This document shows positions 9,103 through 17,841 of a stretch of DNA of 20,414 nucleotides, piece by piece (within the stretch, counting starts at the first letter, position 1; each line of letters opens with the position of its first letter). This stretch comes from Candidatus Krumholzibacteriia bacterium. GTDB taxonomy: Bacteria; Krumholzibacteriota; Krumholzibacteriia; WVZY01. The DNA is taken from NCBI GenBank assembly GCA_046754105.1, contig JBHHVD010000061.1, positions 1 to 20,414 on the forward strand, in the 5' to 3' direction. A program made the position numbers and the translations under genes. The notes beneath the pieces are model-generated. The model did not search any database. It worked only from the letters and a program-made list of their open reading frames with translations, and had not been told where the DNA came from.

Positions 9103-11961
9103 TCAAGCGGCGGTCATGCCCCGGGGCTTATCCTCTCCCGTCGGCTTGCCGCGGAGGGACCTCAACATATCGCCGGTGTGCGACCGTTCGCACCGCATTA
9201 TTTCAGACGGGGTGCCGGAGGAGACCACCTCTCCACCATCGTCGCCGCCTTCGGGTCCGAGGTCGATGATATGGTCCGAAGCCAATATTACATCGGGGTT
9301 GTGCTCTATCACAACCACCGTATTCCCCTTATCCACAAGTTTGTCGAGGACGTCGAGCAACATGCGGACATCTTCGTGGTGAAGCCCGGTCGTGGGCTCG
9401 TCGAGCAGGTAGAGGGTTTTGCCCGTACCGCGTTTGGAAAGTTCCGCGGATAGTTTGACCCGCTGCGCCTCCCCTCCGGAAAGCGTCGTCGCCGCCTGCC
9501 CGAGGTGGATGTATCCCAACCCAACCGACATCAACGTTTCGCACTTGCGACGTATCGCAGGAATATTCGCGAAGACGTCGAGTGCCTCTTCCACCGTCAG
9601 GTTCAGCACGTCGGCTATGTTGTGACCCTTGTAGGAAACTTCGAGAGTCTCCTGATTGTAGCGCTTGCCTTTGCAAGCCTCGCACTTGACGTAGACATCC
9701 GGAAGGAAATGCATTTCCACCTTGATCAGACCGTCACCGCGGCACCGTTCGCACCGGCCGCCGGACACGTTGAAGCTGAAGCGTCCCACCTTGTAACCCC
9801 GTATCCGGCTCTCCGCCAGCTGTGTGAAAAGGTCGCGGATCGGCGTAAACATGCCCGTGTACGTCGCCGGGTTGGATCGCGGCGTTCTGCCGATGGGAGA
9901 CTGGTCTATATCAATGACCTTGTCGATATGCTCGATGCCTTCGATCGCGCGGTGCCGCCCCGGGAATATGTGACTATTATAGAAATGCCTCCGCAACGCG
10001 CAAAACAGGATGTCGTTGACCAGCGTGCTTTTCCCCGAGCCGCTTACGCCGGTGACGCAGGTGAAAACGCCAAGCGGAATGGAGACGTCGATGTCTTTTA
10101 GGTTGTTTTCAGCCGCACCGCAAATAACGAGTTTCTTGCCGTTGCCCGCTCGCGCCCCGCCCGAGCGCGGCGGCGGGCCGTCGAGCCGCAGGTACTTTCC
10201 GGTCAGGCTCGCCACTTCCCGCTTTATGTCTTCCACGCTGCCTTGCGCTACAACCTCCCCGCCGTGCAATCCCGCCGCGGGTCCCAGGTCGACCACGTGG
10301 TCGGCGGCGAGGATGGTGTCACGGTCGTGCTCGATGACGACCACGGTGTTGCCGAGGTCGCGCAGTTCCTTCAACGTCCGGATGAGGCGCCCGTTGTCGC
10401 GGTGATGCAGCCCGATGCTGGGCTCGTCGAGAATATAGAGAACACCCATCAGCCGCGAACCGATCTGGGTGGCCAGACGCAGGCGCTGGGCCTCGCCGCC
10501 GGCGAGCGTGGCCGCGCTTCGATCGAGCGAGAGGTAGCCGAGGCCCACGTCGTCGAGGAACTTCAGGCGCTGGGAGATCTCCTTGAGAATGGTTTCGCCG
10601 ATGATCCGTTGGTTGCCTTTGAATTCCAGATCATCGCAAAAAGATCTCACCCGGGTGACGCTCATGCCGCACACATCCGCGATGTTGCGGCCCGACAATT
10701 TAACCGCGAGACCTTCCTGCTTGAGCCGTGAGCCCCCGCACTCCGAACAGGCCTCCGTGCTCATGTACGATTCGATCCACTTGCGAACGCTGTCCGAGCC
10801 CGTCTGGCGGTACCTTCGCCGCAGCCACGGTATCAAGCCCTCGTACGAGGACCGGTACTCTCCCTTGACCTTCTCGAAATCCAGTTCGATGACGATCTCC
10901 TCGTCCGTGCCGTCGAAGATGATATCGCGGCAGCGCTGATCGAGGCTGGCGAATGGCACTTCGAGACCGAATCCGTACCTTCGGCCGAGCGCCTTCAACT
11001 GGGACTTGCCCCATTCACCCCTCAATCTGCCCAGCGGCGCCAGAGCGCCTTCTCCGAGTGTCAGCCCGTCATCCGGCACCAGCAGTTCGATATTGAACTC
11101 CATTCGCGTGCCGAGCCCGCCGCATTCCGTGCAGGCCCCGTACGGAGAATTGAACGAGAACAGCCTTGGGGACAACTCGCCGAAACTCAACCCACAGTAG
11201 GGGCAGGCGAAGTGCTGGCTGAAGAGGACTTCCTCTTTGCCCGGGAGCACCACCAGCACGAGCCCGTCGGAAAAACCGCTCGCGGTCTCCAACGAATCGC
11301 TGATGCGCTTTTTGTTCCTGGCCGACACGGTGAGCCGGTCTACGATAATCTCGACGTCGTGCTTCTTCTGCTTGCGCAGCTCCGGAACGTCATCGATATC
11401 GTAAACGTCGCCGTCCACGCGAACGCGAACGAAACCGGCCTTCTGGATTCGCGAGAATACCTTCTTGTGTTCGCCCTTGCGGCCGCGTACAACCGGCGCC
11501 ATGACGGTAACGCGGCTTCCACCGGGCAGTCCGCATATTCTCTCCGCCACCGACGTGATGCTCTGCTGCGAAATGGCCCTCCCGCACTTGTAGCAGTGAG
11601 GAGCGCCAACTCGCGCAAACAGGAGTCGCAGGTAATCGTAAATTTCGGTCATCGTACCGACGGTGGACCGAGGGTTTCGCGAGCCGGCTTTCTGCTCGAT
11701 CGAAATGGCCGGCGAGAGCCCTTCGATCCGGTCCACGTCGGGCTTCTCCATCTGCCCGAGGAACTGGCGGGCGTAGGCGCTCAGGCTCTCCACGTAACGC
11801 CGCTGCCCTTCGGCGTAGAGGGTGTCGAAGGCGAGCGATGACTTGCCCGATCCGCTGAGACCCGTAATGACGATAAAACGGTTACGCGGCAGCGTCAGGC
11901 TGACGTTCTTGAGGTTGTGCTCCCTGGCGCCTCGAATGACGAGGTTGCGCTGTCGCTGCAT
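9103..11961 (-). CDS. uvrA: Excinuclease ABC subunit A
   Basis: GAREHNLKN, two Walker A motifs ([16 protein letters not shown]), [11 protein letters not shown], signatures LAGGEAQR and LSGGEAQR, three pairs of CxxC zinc ligands; 952 aa. Confidence 0.98.
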   Translation of the reverse strand: MQRQRNLVIRGAREHNLKNVSLTLPRNRFIVITGLSGSGKSSLAFDTLYAEGQRRYVESLSAYARQFLGQMEKPDVDRIEGLSPAISIEQKAGSRNPRSTVGTMTEIYDYLRLLFARVGAPHCYKCGRAISQQSITSVAERICGLPGGSRVTVMAPVVRGRKGEHKKVFSRIQKAGFVRVRVDGDVYDIDDVPELRKQKKHDVEIIVDRLTVSARNKKRISDSLETASGFSDGLVLVVLPGKEEVLFSQHFACPYCGLSFGELSPRLFSFNSPYGACTECGGLGTRMEFNIELLVPDDGLTLGEGALAPLGRLRGEWGKSQLKALGRRYGFGLEVPFASLDQRCRDIIFDGTDEEIVIELDFEKVKGEYRSSYEGLIPWLRRRYRQTGSDSVRKWIESYMSTEACSECGGSRLKQEGLAVKLSGRNIADVCGMSVTRVRSFCDDLEFKGNQRIIGETILKEISQRLKFLDDVGLGYLSLDRSAATLAGGEAQRLRLATQIGSRLMGVLYILDEPSIGLHHRDNGRLIRTLKELRDLGNTVVVIEHDRDTILAADHVVDLGPAAGLHGGEVVAQGSVEDIKREVASLTGKYLRLDGPPPRSGGARAGNGKKLVICGAAENNLKDIDVSIPLGVFTCVTGVSGSGKSTLVNDILFCALRRHFYNSHIFPGRHRAIEGIEHIDKVIDIDQSPIGRTPRSNPATYTGMFTPIRDLFTQLAESRIRGYKVGRFSFNVSGGRCERCRGDGLIKVEMHFLPDVYVKCEACKGKRYNQETLEVSYKGHNIADVLNLTVEEALDVFANIPAIRRKCETLMSVGLGYIHLGQAATTLSGGEAQRVKLSAELSKRGTGKTLYLLDEPTTGLHHEDVRMLLDVLDKLVDKGNTVVVIEHNPDVILASDHIIDLGPEGGDDGGEVVSSGTPSEIMRCERSHTGDMLRSLRGKPTGEDKPRGMTAA

Positions 11962-11991
11962 CTGTTGCTGGCCTCCGGGTCTCTCGTCAAC

Positions 11992-13287
11992 TCAGGGGTT
12001 GAGGCGGTTCAATAGTCTCGGAAACGGTATCGCCTCGCGCAGGTGCTTGATGCCGCAGATGAACGCCACCGTACGTTCCAGCCCGAGCCCGAAACCGGAA
12101 TGCGGCACCGACCCGTACCGTCGCAGATCCGTGTACCACTTGAACGCTTCCGCGGGCAGTCCGTGCTCGGCGATCCGCTTTTCCAACAGATCCAGGTCGC
12201 TGATGCGCTCGCCGCCGCCGATCACTTCGCCGTAACCCTCGGGCGCCAGCATGTCCACGGACAGGCAGTACTCGGGTTCCGCGGTGTCGATCTGCATGTA
12301 GAATGCCTTCACCGCGGTTGGATAATGGTGAACGAGGATGGGGGTGTCGAAGGCTTCGCTCAGCACCGTCTCGTCGCCGCCGCCAAAGTCGTTCCCGTCT
12401 TCGAACTCGACACCCTTCTCCTCGAGCATTGCCACCGCCTCTTTGTAATGAAGACGTTGAAACGGTCGCTTTACCTTCTCCAGCTTTGACAGGTCCCGCC
12501 CGAGAAATTCGGTGAGCTCGTCTCCGCATCTCTCCACACACCGCTGCACGATAAACTCGAAGAACTCCTCCTCGAGGTCCATCAAGTCGTCGAGGGTCGC
12601 GAACGCTATCTCGGGCTCGACCATCCAGAACTCCGTCAGGTGGCGGCGGGTTTTCGATTTTTCGGCGCGAAACGTCGGGCCGAAACAGTATACCTTGCCG
12701 AAAGCCGCCGCGGTCGCTTCGTTGTACAGCTGCCCGCTCTGTGACAGGTAGGCCCGGTCGCCGAAATAATCGGTTTCGAAGAGTGTGCTGGTTCCTTCGC
12801 AGGCGTTCGGGGTAAAAATGGGCGTGTCGAGGCAGTAAAAACCCCGGTTATTGAGAAAGTCACGGATGGCCGCTATCGCGTGGTGCCGCACCTTGAGGAT
12901 CGTGTGCTGCTTGCGGCTGCGCAGCCACAGGTGCCGGTGGTCGAGAAGAAACGGGGACCCGTGTTCCTTCGGAGTGATGGGAAAGTCCACCGAGCGTCCG
13001 ATCAACCGGATTCCGCTCATGATGATTTCGCAGCCGCCGGGCGCCCGTTTGTCCTCGCGCACCAGCCCGGTGATCTCGACACTCGCCTCCTGCCCCAGCT
13101 CCGCGACCAGCGCAAGCTCATCATCCGTCACGTCGCCCTTCGCCGCGACGACCTGCACGAAACCGCTGCCGTCACGGAGAATCAAGAAGCGAATCTTGCC
13201 GCTCGAGCGCGAGTTCGCGATCCAGCCCCTCAGCGTCACCGTCTTGTCGACGTGGGTGGAGAGATCCGATATGCATGCGTGTTTCAT
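11992..13287 (-). CDS. asnS: Asparagine--tRNA ligase
   Basis: OB-fold start ([13 protein letters not shown]), YLSQSGQLY, motif 2 [37 protein letters not shown], motif 3 [11 protein letters not shown]. Confidence 0.93.
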   Translation of the reverse strand: MKHACISDLSTHVDKTVTLRGWIANSRSSGKIRFLILRDGSGFVQVVAAKGDVTDDELALVAELGQEASVEITGLVREDKRAPGGCEIIMSGIRLIGRSVDFPITPKEHGSPFLLDHRHLWLRSRKQHTILKVRHHAIAAIRDFLNNRGFYCLDTPIFTPNACEGTSTLFETDYFGDRAYLSQSGQLYNEATAAAFGKVYCFGPTFRAEKSKTRRHLTEFWMVEPEIAFATLDDLMDLEEEFFEFIVQRCVERCGDELTEFLGRDLSKLEKVKRPFQRLHYKEAVAMLEEKGVEFEDGNDFGGGDETVLSEAFDTPILVHHYPTAVKAFYMQIDTAEPEYCLSVDMLAPEGYGEVIGGGERISDLDLLEKRIAEHGLPAEAFKWYTDLRRYGSVPHSGFGLGLERTVAFICGIKHLREAIPFPRLLNRLNP

Positions 13288-13305
13288 GACTCCGCTGCCG
13301 CCCCG

Positions 13306-14004
13306 TTATGCAAACTTCTCCACGTCCCTTTCCTTGCCAACGACGCCGAGAACGTCGCCTTCATGGATTTCCACTTCACCATCGGGGATGACGATCATCT
13401 CGCTCTTCGCTCCCGAGACGCCGGGATCGGCCGGCCGCCTTTTTACAACGATGACGTCTATGCCGAACCGGTTACGGACGCCGCTCTCGCCAAGGCGCTT
13501 GCCCACCAATTCGGCGGGCGCGGTCACTTGTCTTACCACGTACCCCTCTGGAAGCTCGAGAAAATCCACGATGCTCCCGGAAACCAGGCTTTGCGCGAGC
13601 CGCCCGCCGACCTCTTCTTCGGGCGACAGCACCCGTGCCGCGCCGACGTGGGAGAGAATCTGCTTTTGCAGGTCGGTATACGATCGCGTTATGACGCGCG
13701 GCACTCCAAACCCCTTCAAAAGGCTCGTCACCAGCACGTTGGCCTCGAAATCTTCACCAATGCCCACTATCGCGCAATCGACTTTGTCGATTCCCTGTTC
13801 GAGGAGAAGCGATTTTCGGGTCGCGTTCAGGCACACGGCGAACGTCACCTGGTCTTGAATCTCGTCCACGATCTTCGGGTCGTTGTCGATTGCAAGCACC
13901 TCGACACCTAGATCAAAAAGCGTGGTCGCCACGGCGGTGCCGAAGCGGCCCAGCCCGACCACGGCAAACTTTCTCTCCTCACCGTTTCTTGACACCACGA
14001 TCAC
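13306..14004 (-). CDS. ktrA: Trk/Ktr potassium uptake regulatory subunit (RCK_N + RCK_C, KtrA/TrkA family)
   Basis: Rossmann FAVVGLGRFG, VLAID, AIVGIGED, VLSPEEEVG, C-terminal RCK_C (GKRL..R.RFGIDVIVVKR..IPD..IHEGDVL). GTG start uncertain. Confidence 0.88.
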   Translation of the reverse strand: MIVVSRNGEERKFAVVGLGRFGTAVATTLFDLGVEVLAIDNDPKIVDEIQDQVTFAVCLNATRKSLLLEQGIDKVDCAIVGIGEDFEANVLVTSLLKGFGVPRVITRSYTDLQKQILSHVGAARVLSPEEEVGGRLAQSLVSGSIVDFLELPEGYVVRQVTAPAELVGKRLGESGVRNRFGIDVIVVKRRPADPGVSGAKSEMIVIPDGEVEIHEGDVLGVVGKERDVEKFA

Positions 14005-14016
14005 ACCTCACTGCGA

Positions 14017-15762
14017 TCACCCGACCATGATTCGTTCCGACGGGTACACTCGGTCCGCGGCCCGCACGCGGCCGGCAAGGGCCAGCGCGATGGCCATGGG
14101 ACCAATACGGCCGAAGAACATCGTCATGGCAACGATTATCTTGCCCACAGTGGTCAACTCCGGGGTCTTGCCCAGCGACAGGCCCACCGTGCCGAACGCC
14201 GATACGACTTCGAAGAGCAGCGTACGAAAGGCGCCGGTCTCGGTTACCAATAGTACCATAAGAGCGATACAAATCACAAAAACAGACAGGCTGGCAACGA
14301 CGATCGACTCCCTGACCGTTGCGTCGGGTACGGTCTTGCGGAACATCTCGGTACGGGGCCGTCCCTTCATCATCGCCAACACCGTCGCGATGATAATCGC
14401 CACCGTGCTGACTTTGATGCCCCCGCCGGTCGAGCCCGGCGCCGCCCCGATGAACATTAACACCATCGTAAGGAAGTGGCTACCGTCATCCAGATCGGTT
14501 TGCGGCGTCGTGTGAAAGCCCGCCGTGCGTGAGGTGACGCTCTGGAAGAACGCCTGCAAAACGGAAATATCTCCATGATTGAGAAAAAAGAACGCGATGG
14601 TCCCGGCCACGAGGAGGACGATCGTCACCCACAGTACCGCTTTGGTCTGCAGTCGGAGGCGCGCCCGCCGCCTGCGGCGGCGGATAACCGAGGCGAACGT
14701 TCGCACGAGGTCCTGGTGGACGGTAAAACCCAGGCCGCCGATAACGATCAGGCCCACCATGACCAGGTTCACGCCGACGTCGCTGTGAAACGCCTCGAAA
14801 CCACTGCCGTAGAGACTGAACCCCGCGTTGCAAAAACCCGACACCGAGTGAAACAGGGCGTTGAACAACCGTATGCCCACCGGCAGTCCCGCCTGGGGCA
14901 GCAGTATGTAGAGAAGAACCGCCCCTGCCAGCTCCAACACAAAGGTCACCGCCAGGATGGACAGTACCAGGGACGAGATGCGGGCCACGACGTCCACGTT
15001 CATTACCTCGCGCATCATCACGCCCTCTTTGATCCCCAGCCCCCGTCCCATGAGCAGCGCGAACAGGGCGGCGAAGGTCATGATGCCCAGGCCGCCGATT
15101 TGCATCAAGAACAGCAGGGCGAACTGGCCGGTGCCCGAGAAAGCGGCGGCCGTATCCACGACGGTCAGGCCGGTCACGCACACCGCGGACGTCGCGGTGA
15201 ACAGCGCGTCCACCAGGCCCAGGGACCCGCCGACGGGCGTGGCCCTCGGCATCATCAGCACCAGCGCGCCGGCTGCAATCATCAGCGTGAACGCGCCGGC
15301 CAGCACCTGTGTCGGGCGCAGTCCCGCGTAGGCCAGGCGCCAGCTCAACCGCCGGGCGTGGAACGCCAGTGAAAAGACCAGATACACTTTCAGGATTCCG
15401 TAGTAGAGATGCGCCGGTGTATCCACGTGCATCATGCGCAGGACTCTCAACGACTGGGGCCCGTCGGCCTGCCACCTCGCGATCCCCAGCAGCGCGCCAG
15501 CCACCAGCGTGAGCGAGAGCAGCTGCCAGGATCCCCTTACCGCGCGGCGAAAGCCGCCCGCGTTCGCGAGAGCCGAGAAGACGGGCAGCAGGAGCAAGCC
15601 GAGCGCCGCGAGGACCGCGTAGCGGCCAAGGCGTTCCTGCGCCGGAGATAAATAGAACCCGTACCCCGCGATTAGGCTCGAAAACGTCAGGGCACCGGCC
15701 ACCACGATTGCCCAGGACCACTCGCGCCGGCCCGCGGGGCGCTGCCGTCGTTGCACATTCAT
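14017..15762 (-). CDS. ktrB: Trk/Ktr potassium uptake membrane subunit (KtrB/TrkH family) with ~150 aa N-terminal membrane extension
   Basis: Four P-loop glycine motifs (ATSAVCVTGL, SVSGFCNAGF, SVTSRTAGF, VVSAFGTVGL), QIGGLG, GAAPGSTGGGIK, MFFGRIGP. Start set at ATG 15762; 15777 possible. Confidence 0.9.
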   Translation of the reverse strand: MNVQRRQRPAGRREWSWAIVVAGALTFSSLIAGYGFYLSPAQERLGRYAVLAALGLLLLPVFSALANAGGFRRAVRGSWQLLSLTLVAGALLGIARWQADGPQSLRVLRMMHVDTPAHLYYGILKVYLVFSLAFHARRLSWRLAYAGLRPTQVLAGAFTLMIAAGALVLMMPRATPVGGSLGLVDALFTATSAVCVTGLTVVDTAAAFSGTGQFALLFLMQIGGLGIMTFAALFALLMGRGLGIKEGVMMREVMNVDVVARISSLVLSILAVTFVLELAGAVLLYILLPQAGLPVGIRLFNALFHSVSGFCNAGFSLYGSGFEAFHSDVGVNLVMVGLIVIGGLGFTVHQDLVRTFASVIRRRRRRARLRLQTKAVLWVTIVLLVAGTIAFFFLNHGDISVLQAFFQSVTSRTAGFHTTPQTDLDDGSHFLTMVLMFIGAAPGSTGGGIKVSTVAIIIATVLAMMKGRPRTEMFRKTVPDATVRESIVVASLSVFVICIALMVLLVTETGAFRTLLFEVVSAFGTVGLSLGKTPELTTVGKIIVAMTMFFGRIGPMAIALALAGRVRAADRVYPSERIMVG

Positions 15763-15786
15763 TGTCAAATCGCCCATTTCAATTAG

Positions 15787-15799
15787 AATCAATGATTTA
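15787..15799 (+). promoter_or_regulatory. IHF binding site consensus
   Basis: AATCAA-TGAT-TTA matches WATCAA-N4-TTR exactly, in an AT-rich tract upstream of the sigma54 motif. Confidence 0.5.
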
Positions 15800-15861
15800 T
15801 CACACAGCGTGGGCGACCGCCACCCCAAAAGCGCGCCCGAGCGAGAAACAACTGCTTCGAT

Positions 15862-15877
15862 CGGCACGTTTTTTGCC
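15862..15877 (+). promoter_or_regulatory. Sigma54 (RpoN) -24/-12 promoter
   Basis: CGGCACG-TTTT-TTGCC versus consensus TGGCACG-N4-TTGCW; GG (15863-64) and GC (15875-76) are 10 nt apart; ~90 nt upstream of the TPR gene start. Confidence 0.65.
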
Positions 15878-15907
15878 TAACCCGTTAGCTTCAATAGAGT
15901 TATACGC

Positions 15908-15925
15908 TGTAAACGACGTTTTACA
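15908..15925. promoter_or_regulatory. Palindromic operator TGTAAA-N6-TTTACA (TyrR-box-like)
   Basis: TGTAAA-CGACGT-TTTACA, perfect 6 bp arms, in the divergent intergenic region. Confidence 0.55.
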
Positions 15926-15964
15926 AAGCTTTTGTCCCGCCGGACCGCCAAAAGGAGCCGTCGC

Positions 15965-17827
15965 TTGGACAACTACGGGCCCTGTACACGTGCAATATGC
16001 ATAGCGCTGCTCGCCGCAGTGTGTGTCTCGGGCGCCGGCACCGCCCTCGCCGACAGAGGGGCAAACATTGCCCGCTACGCGCAGACGGAAATCCGGGACG
16101 GGGCCCGCACCCTGCCGGTATTGGCCAGGCTTGCCTACCGCGAGGCGATTGCCGAATTGCGTAACGGCAATACCGCGGCGGCCGAGAAGAAACTGAACGA
16201 GGCGGTGAGGTACTACCCCAATTACGCGGATGCCTACTTCACGCTTTCCGCAATCAAACTGAGACAGCTGGAAATCGACTCCACGATCTACCTGGTCCAG
16301 GCGTTCGTCGCCATGTGGAAAGACTTCTCGTCGCAGCGGCACCTCGTGGTCAACGCCGTCGTGTTCATCCCGTATGTCCTGTTTCTCACCTCGTGCATCG
16401 TCTGGGTCGCATTCGCGTTCAAGTACTTTCCGTTTGCCGCTCACAAGGTGCAGGAGTTCTTGCGCTCGCGATTCCGGGCCGCCGCTCCCAGGTTCACCTC
16501 ATACCTGCTTCTCGTCCTGCCGCTCTTGATCGCCCCCGGAGTAATCACCGCACTCGCCTACCTGACGATCGTCTGCTGGGTGTTCATGTACCGTCGCGAA
16601 AAGCTGCTGGTGATAACGTTGTTTACGCCGTTTGTGATCCTGGGTCTTTTCGGCTCACTCCTCAAACCGTTCACGCCGCTCGCGGATCCCGGCTCGCTTA
16701 CCTCGCTGATGGCGCGCGCGAACGATGACCCCGGTGATCATCGATTGATCCGCGATCTGGAGCGCGCGAACGTCGATGGGCTGGAGCCCGAAAAGAACAC
16801 GGCCCTGGGGCTGGTTCATCAGCGTAACGGGGAATACACCAGGGCGGCCGACTTCTTCTTCCGGGCGATCTCGCTCCGGCCGGGCGAGGCTTCCGGGTAC
16901 ATCAACCTCGGAAACGTGTACTTCCTGCAGGGGCGCTACGGCAAGGCGATCGAGGGATACCGTACGGCCCAGGGCATCGAACCGCTGGACCCAGTGGGCC
17001 AGTACTCTCTTGCGCAGGCGTACATCAAGACGCTGCTGATGAAGGAATCGTCGATCGCGCTGCAACTGGCCGCCGAGAACGGCATCGAAGCGGTCAAGGC
17101 ATCGTACACGCCGGACGCCCTCCAGCACGCGCTCGTGTTGTCGAAAACGTTTACCAACCTGCAGCTGTGGCGCGCGGCCTACATCGAGGGCAAGACTTCG
17201 TCTGTCGATTACCTCGACCAGATCCTGCGCCCCTTCACCCGGTTCCCGCGAAGCACCGGTGCCTGGATACTCGTGGTGTCGCTGGTGATGGCCGTCGCCC
17301 TGTCCCGGCTGGTCAAGCCGGCAGAATTGACTTTTCAGTGCGGCAACTGCGGACGGCTCACCTGCCACAACTGCTGCAACAGCGAGCGCGACACCCGCAT
17401 TTGCCAGGAATGCGCCGGCGCCATCGCCGGCGTCACCTCCGAACGCGTGGTCGAGGCGCTCCTGCGGCAAAAGCGGCAGGCCATCCTGGTCAACCGGCGG
17501 AAGGCGGCGCGTTTCTACTCCGTGCTGCTGCCGGGCATCCGTGACATTTCTTTCGGAAAAGTATCCAGGGGGTTCTTTCTGGCCGCCTTGTTTTCCTTCA
17601 GCCTCGTGCAGCTTTACACGAGGGGTTACCTGATCAAGGACCCGTCGAGCCTGGTGGACGAGGCGCCTTTATGGAAAATCATTCTCCCCGCCGTGGGGGT
17701 GGTGTGGTCCTACCTGCTATCGACTTTTGGCAGGCACGAGTACGATTTTCGCGCGCACCGCGATCAAAACCTGCGCCACCGCGCGAAGGAAACCAGGCCG
17801 GATCCCCGGGGGACCCGGGTCGCTTAG
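15965..17827 (+). CDS. Multi-pass membrane tetratricopeptide-repeat protein with Cys-rich (B-box-like) zinc finger
   Basis: AAAGGAG RBS 7 nt before TTG 15965; signal-peptide-like N-terminus (..AGTALA-D); TPR patterns (AVRYYPNYADAYFTLS, LGLVHQRNGEYTRAADFFFRAISLRP, YINLGNVYFLQGRYGKAIEGY); several hydrophobic helices; CGNCGRLTCHNCC..ICQEC. Confidence 0.8.
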   Translation: MDNYGPCTRAICIALLAAVCVSGAGTALADRGANIARYAQTEIRDGARTLPVLARLAYREAIAELRNGNTAAAEKKLNEAVRYYPNYADAYFTLSAIKLRQLEIDSTIYLVQAFVAMWKDFSSQRHLVVNAVVFIPYVLFLTSCIVWVAFAFKYFPFAAHKVQEFLRSRFRAAAPRFTSYLLLVLPLLIAPGVITALAYLTIVCWVFMYRREKLLVITLFTPFVILGLFGSLLKPFTPLADPGSLTSLMARANDDPGDHRLIRDLERANVDGLEPEKNTALGLVHQRNGEYTRAADFFFRAISLRPGEASGYINLGNVYFLQGRYGKAIEGYRTAQGIEPLDPVGQYSLAQAYIKTLLMKESSIALQLAAENGIEAVKASYTPDALQHALVLSKTFTNLQLWRAAYIEGKTSSVDYLDQILRPFTRFPRSTGAWILVVSLVMAVALSRLVKPAELTFQCGNCGRLTCHNCCNSERDTRICQECAGAIAGVTSERVVEALLRQKRQAILVNRRKAARFYSVLLPGIRDISFGKVSRGFFLAALFSFSLVQLYTRGYLIKDPSSLVDEAPLWKIILPAVGVVWSYLLSTFGRHEYDFRAHRDQNLRHRAKETRPDPRGTRVA

Positions 17828-17841
17828 CGACTGGAGCCATC

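Noticed and set aside
10480..10510. UvrA first signature LAGGE instead of LSGGE
   Set aside because: Conservative variant; all other ATPase and zinc motifs are intact.
1386..14016. Seven of eleven minus-strand gene junctions are in frame (e.g. ktrA-TAA-RGGSGV-asnS), suggesting readthrough polyproteins
   Set aside because: Small sample, uncertain starts, all three stop types involved, most downstream genes have their own RBS, and the gcvPB-oppB spacer contains a TGA.
14486..15721. 411 aa same-strand alternative-frame ORF within ktrB (likewise 2442-3512 and 3691-4608)
   Set aside because: Arg/Gly/Pro-rich off-frame translation typical of high GC, fully overlapping a conserved gene.
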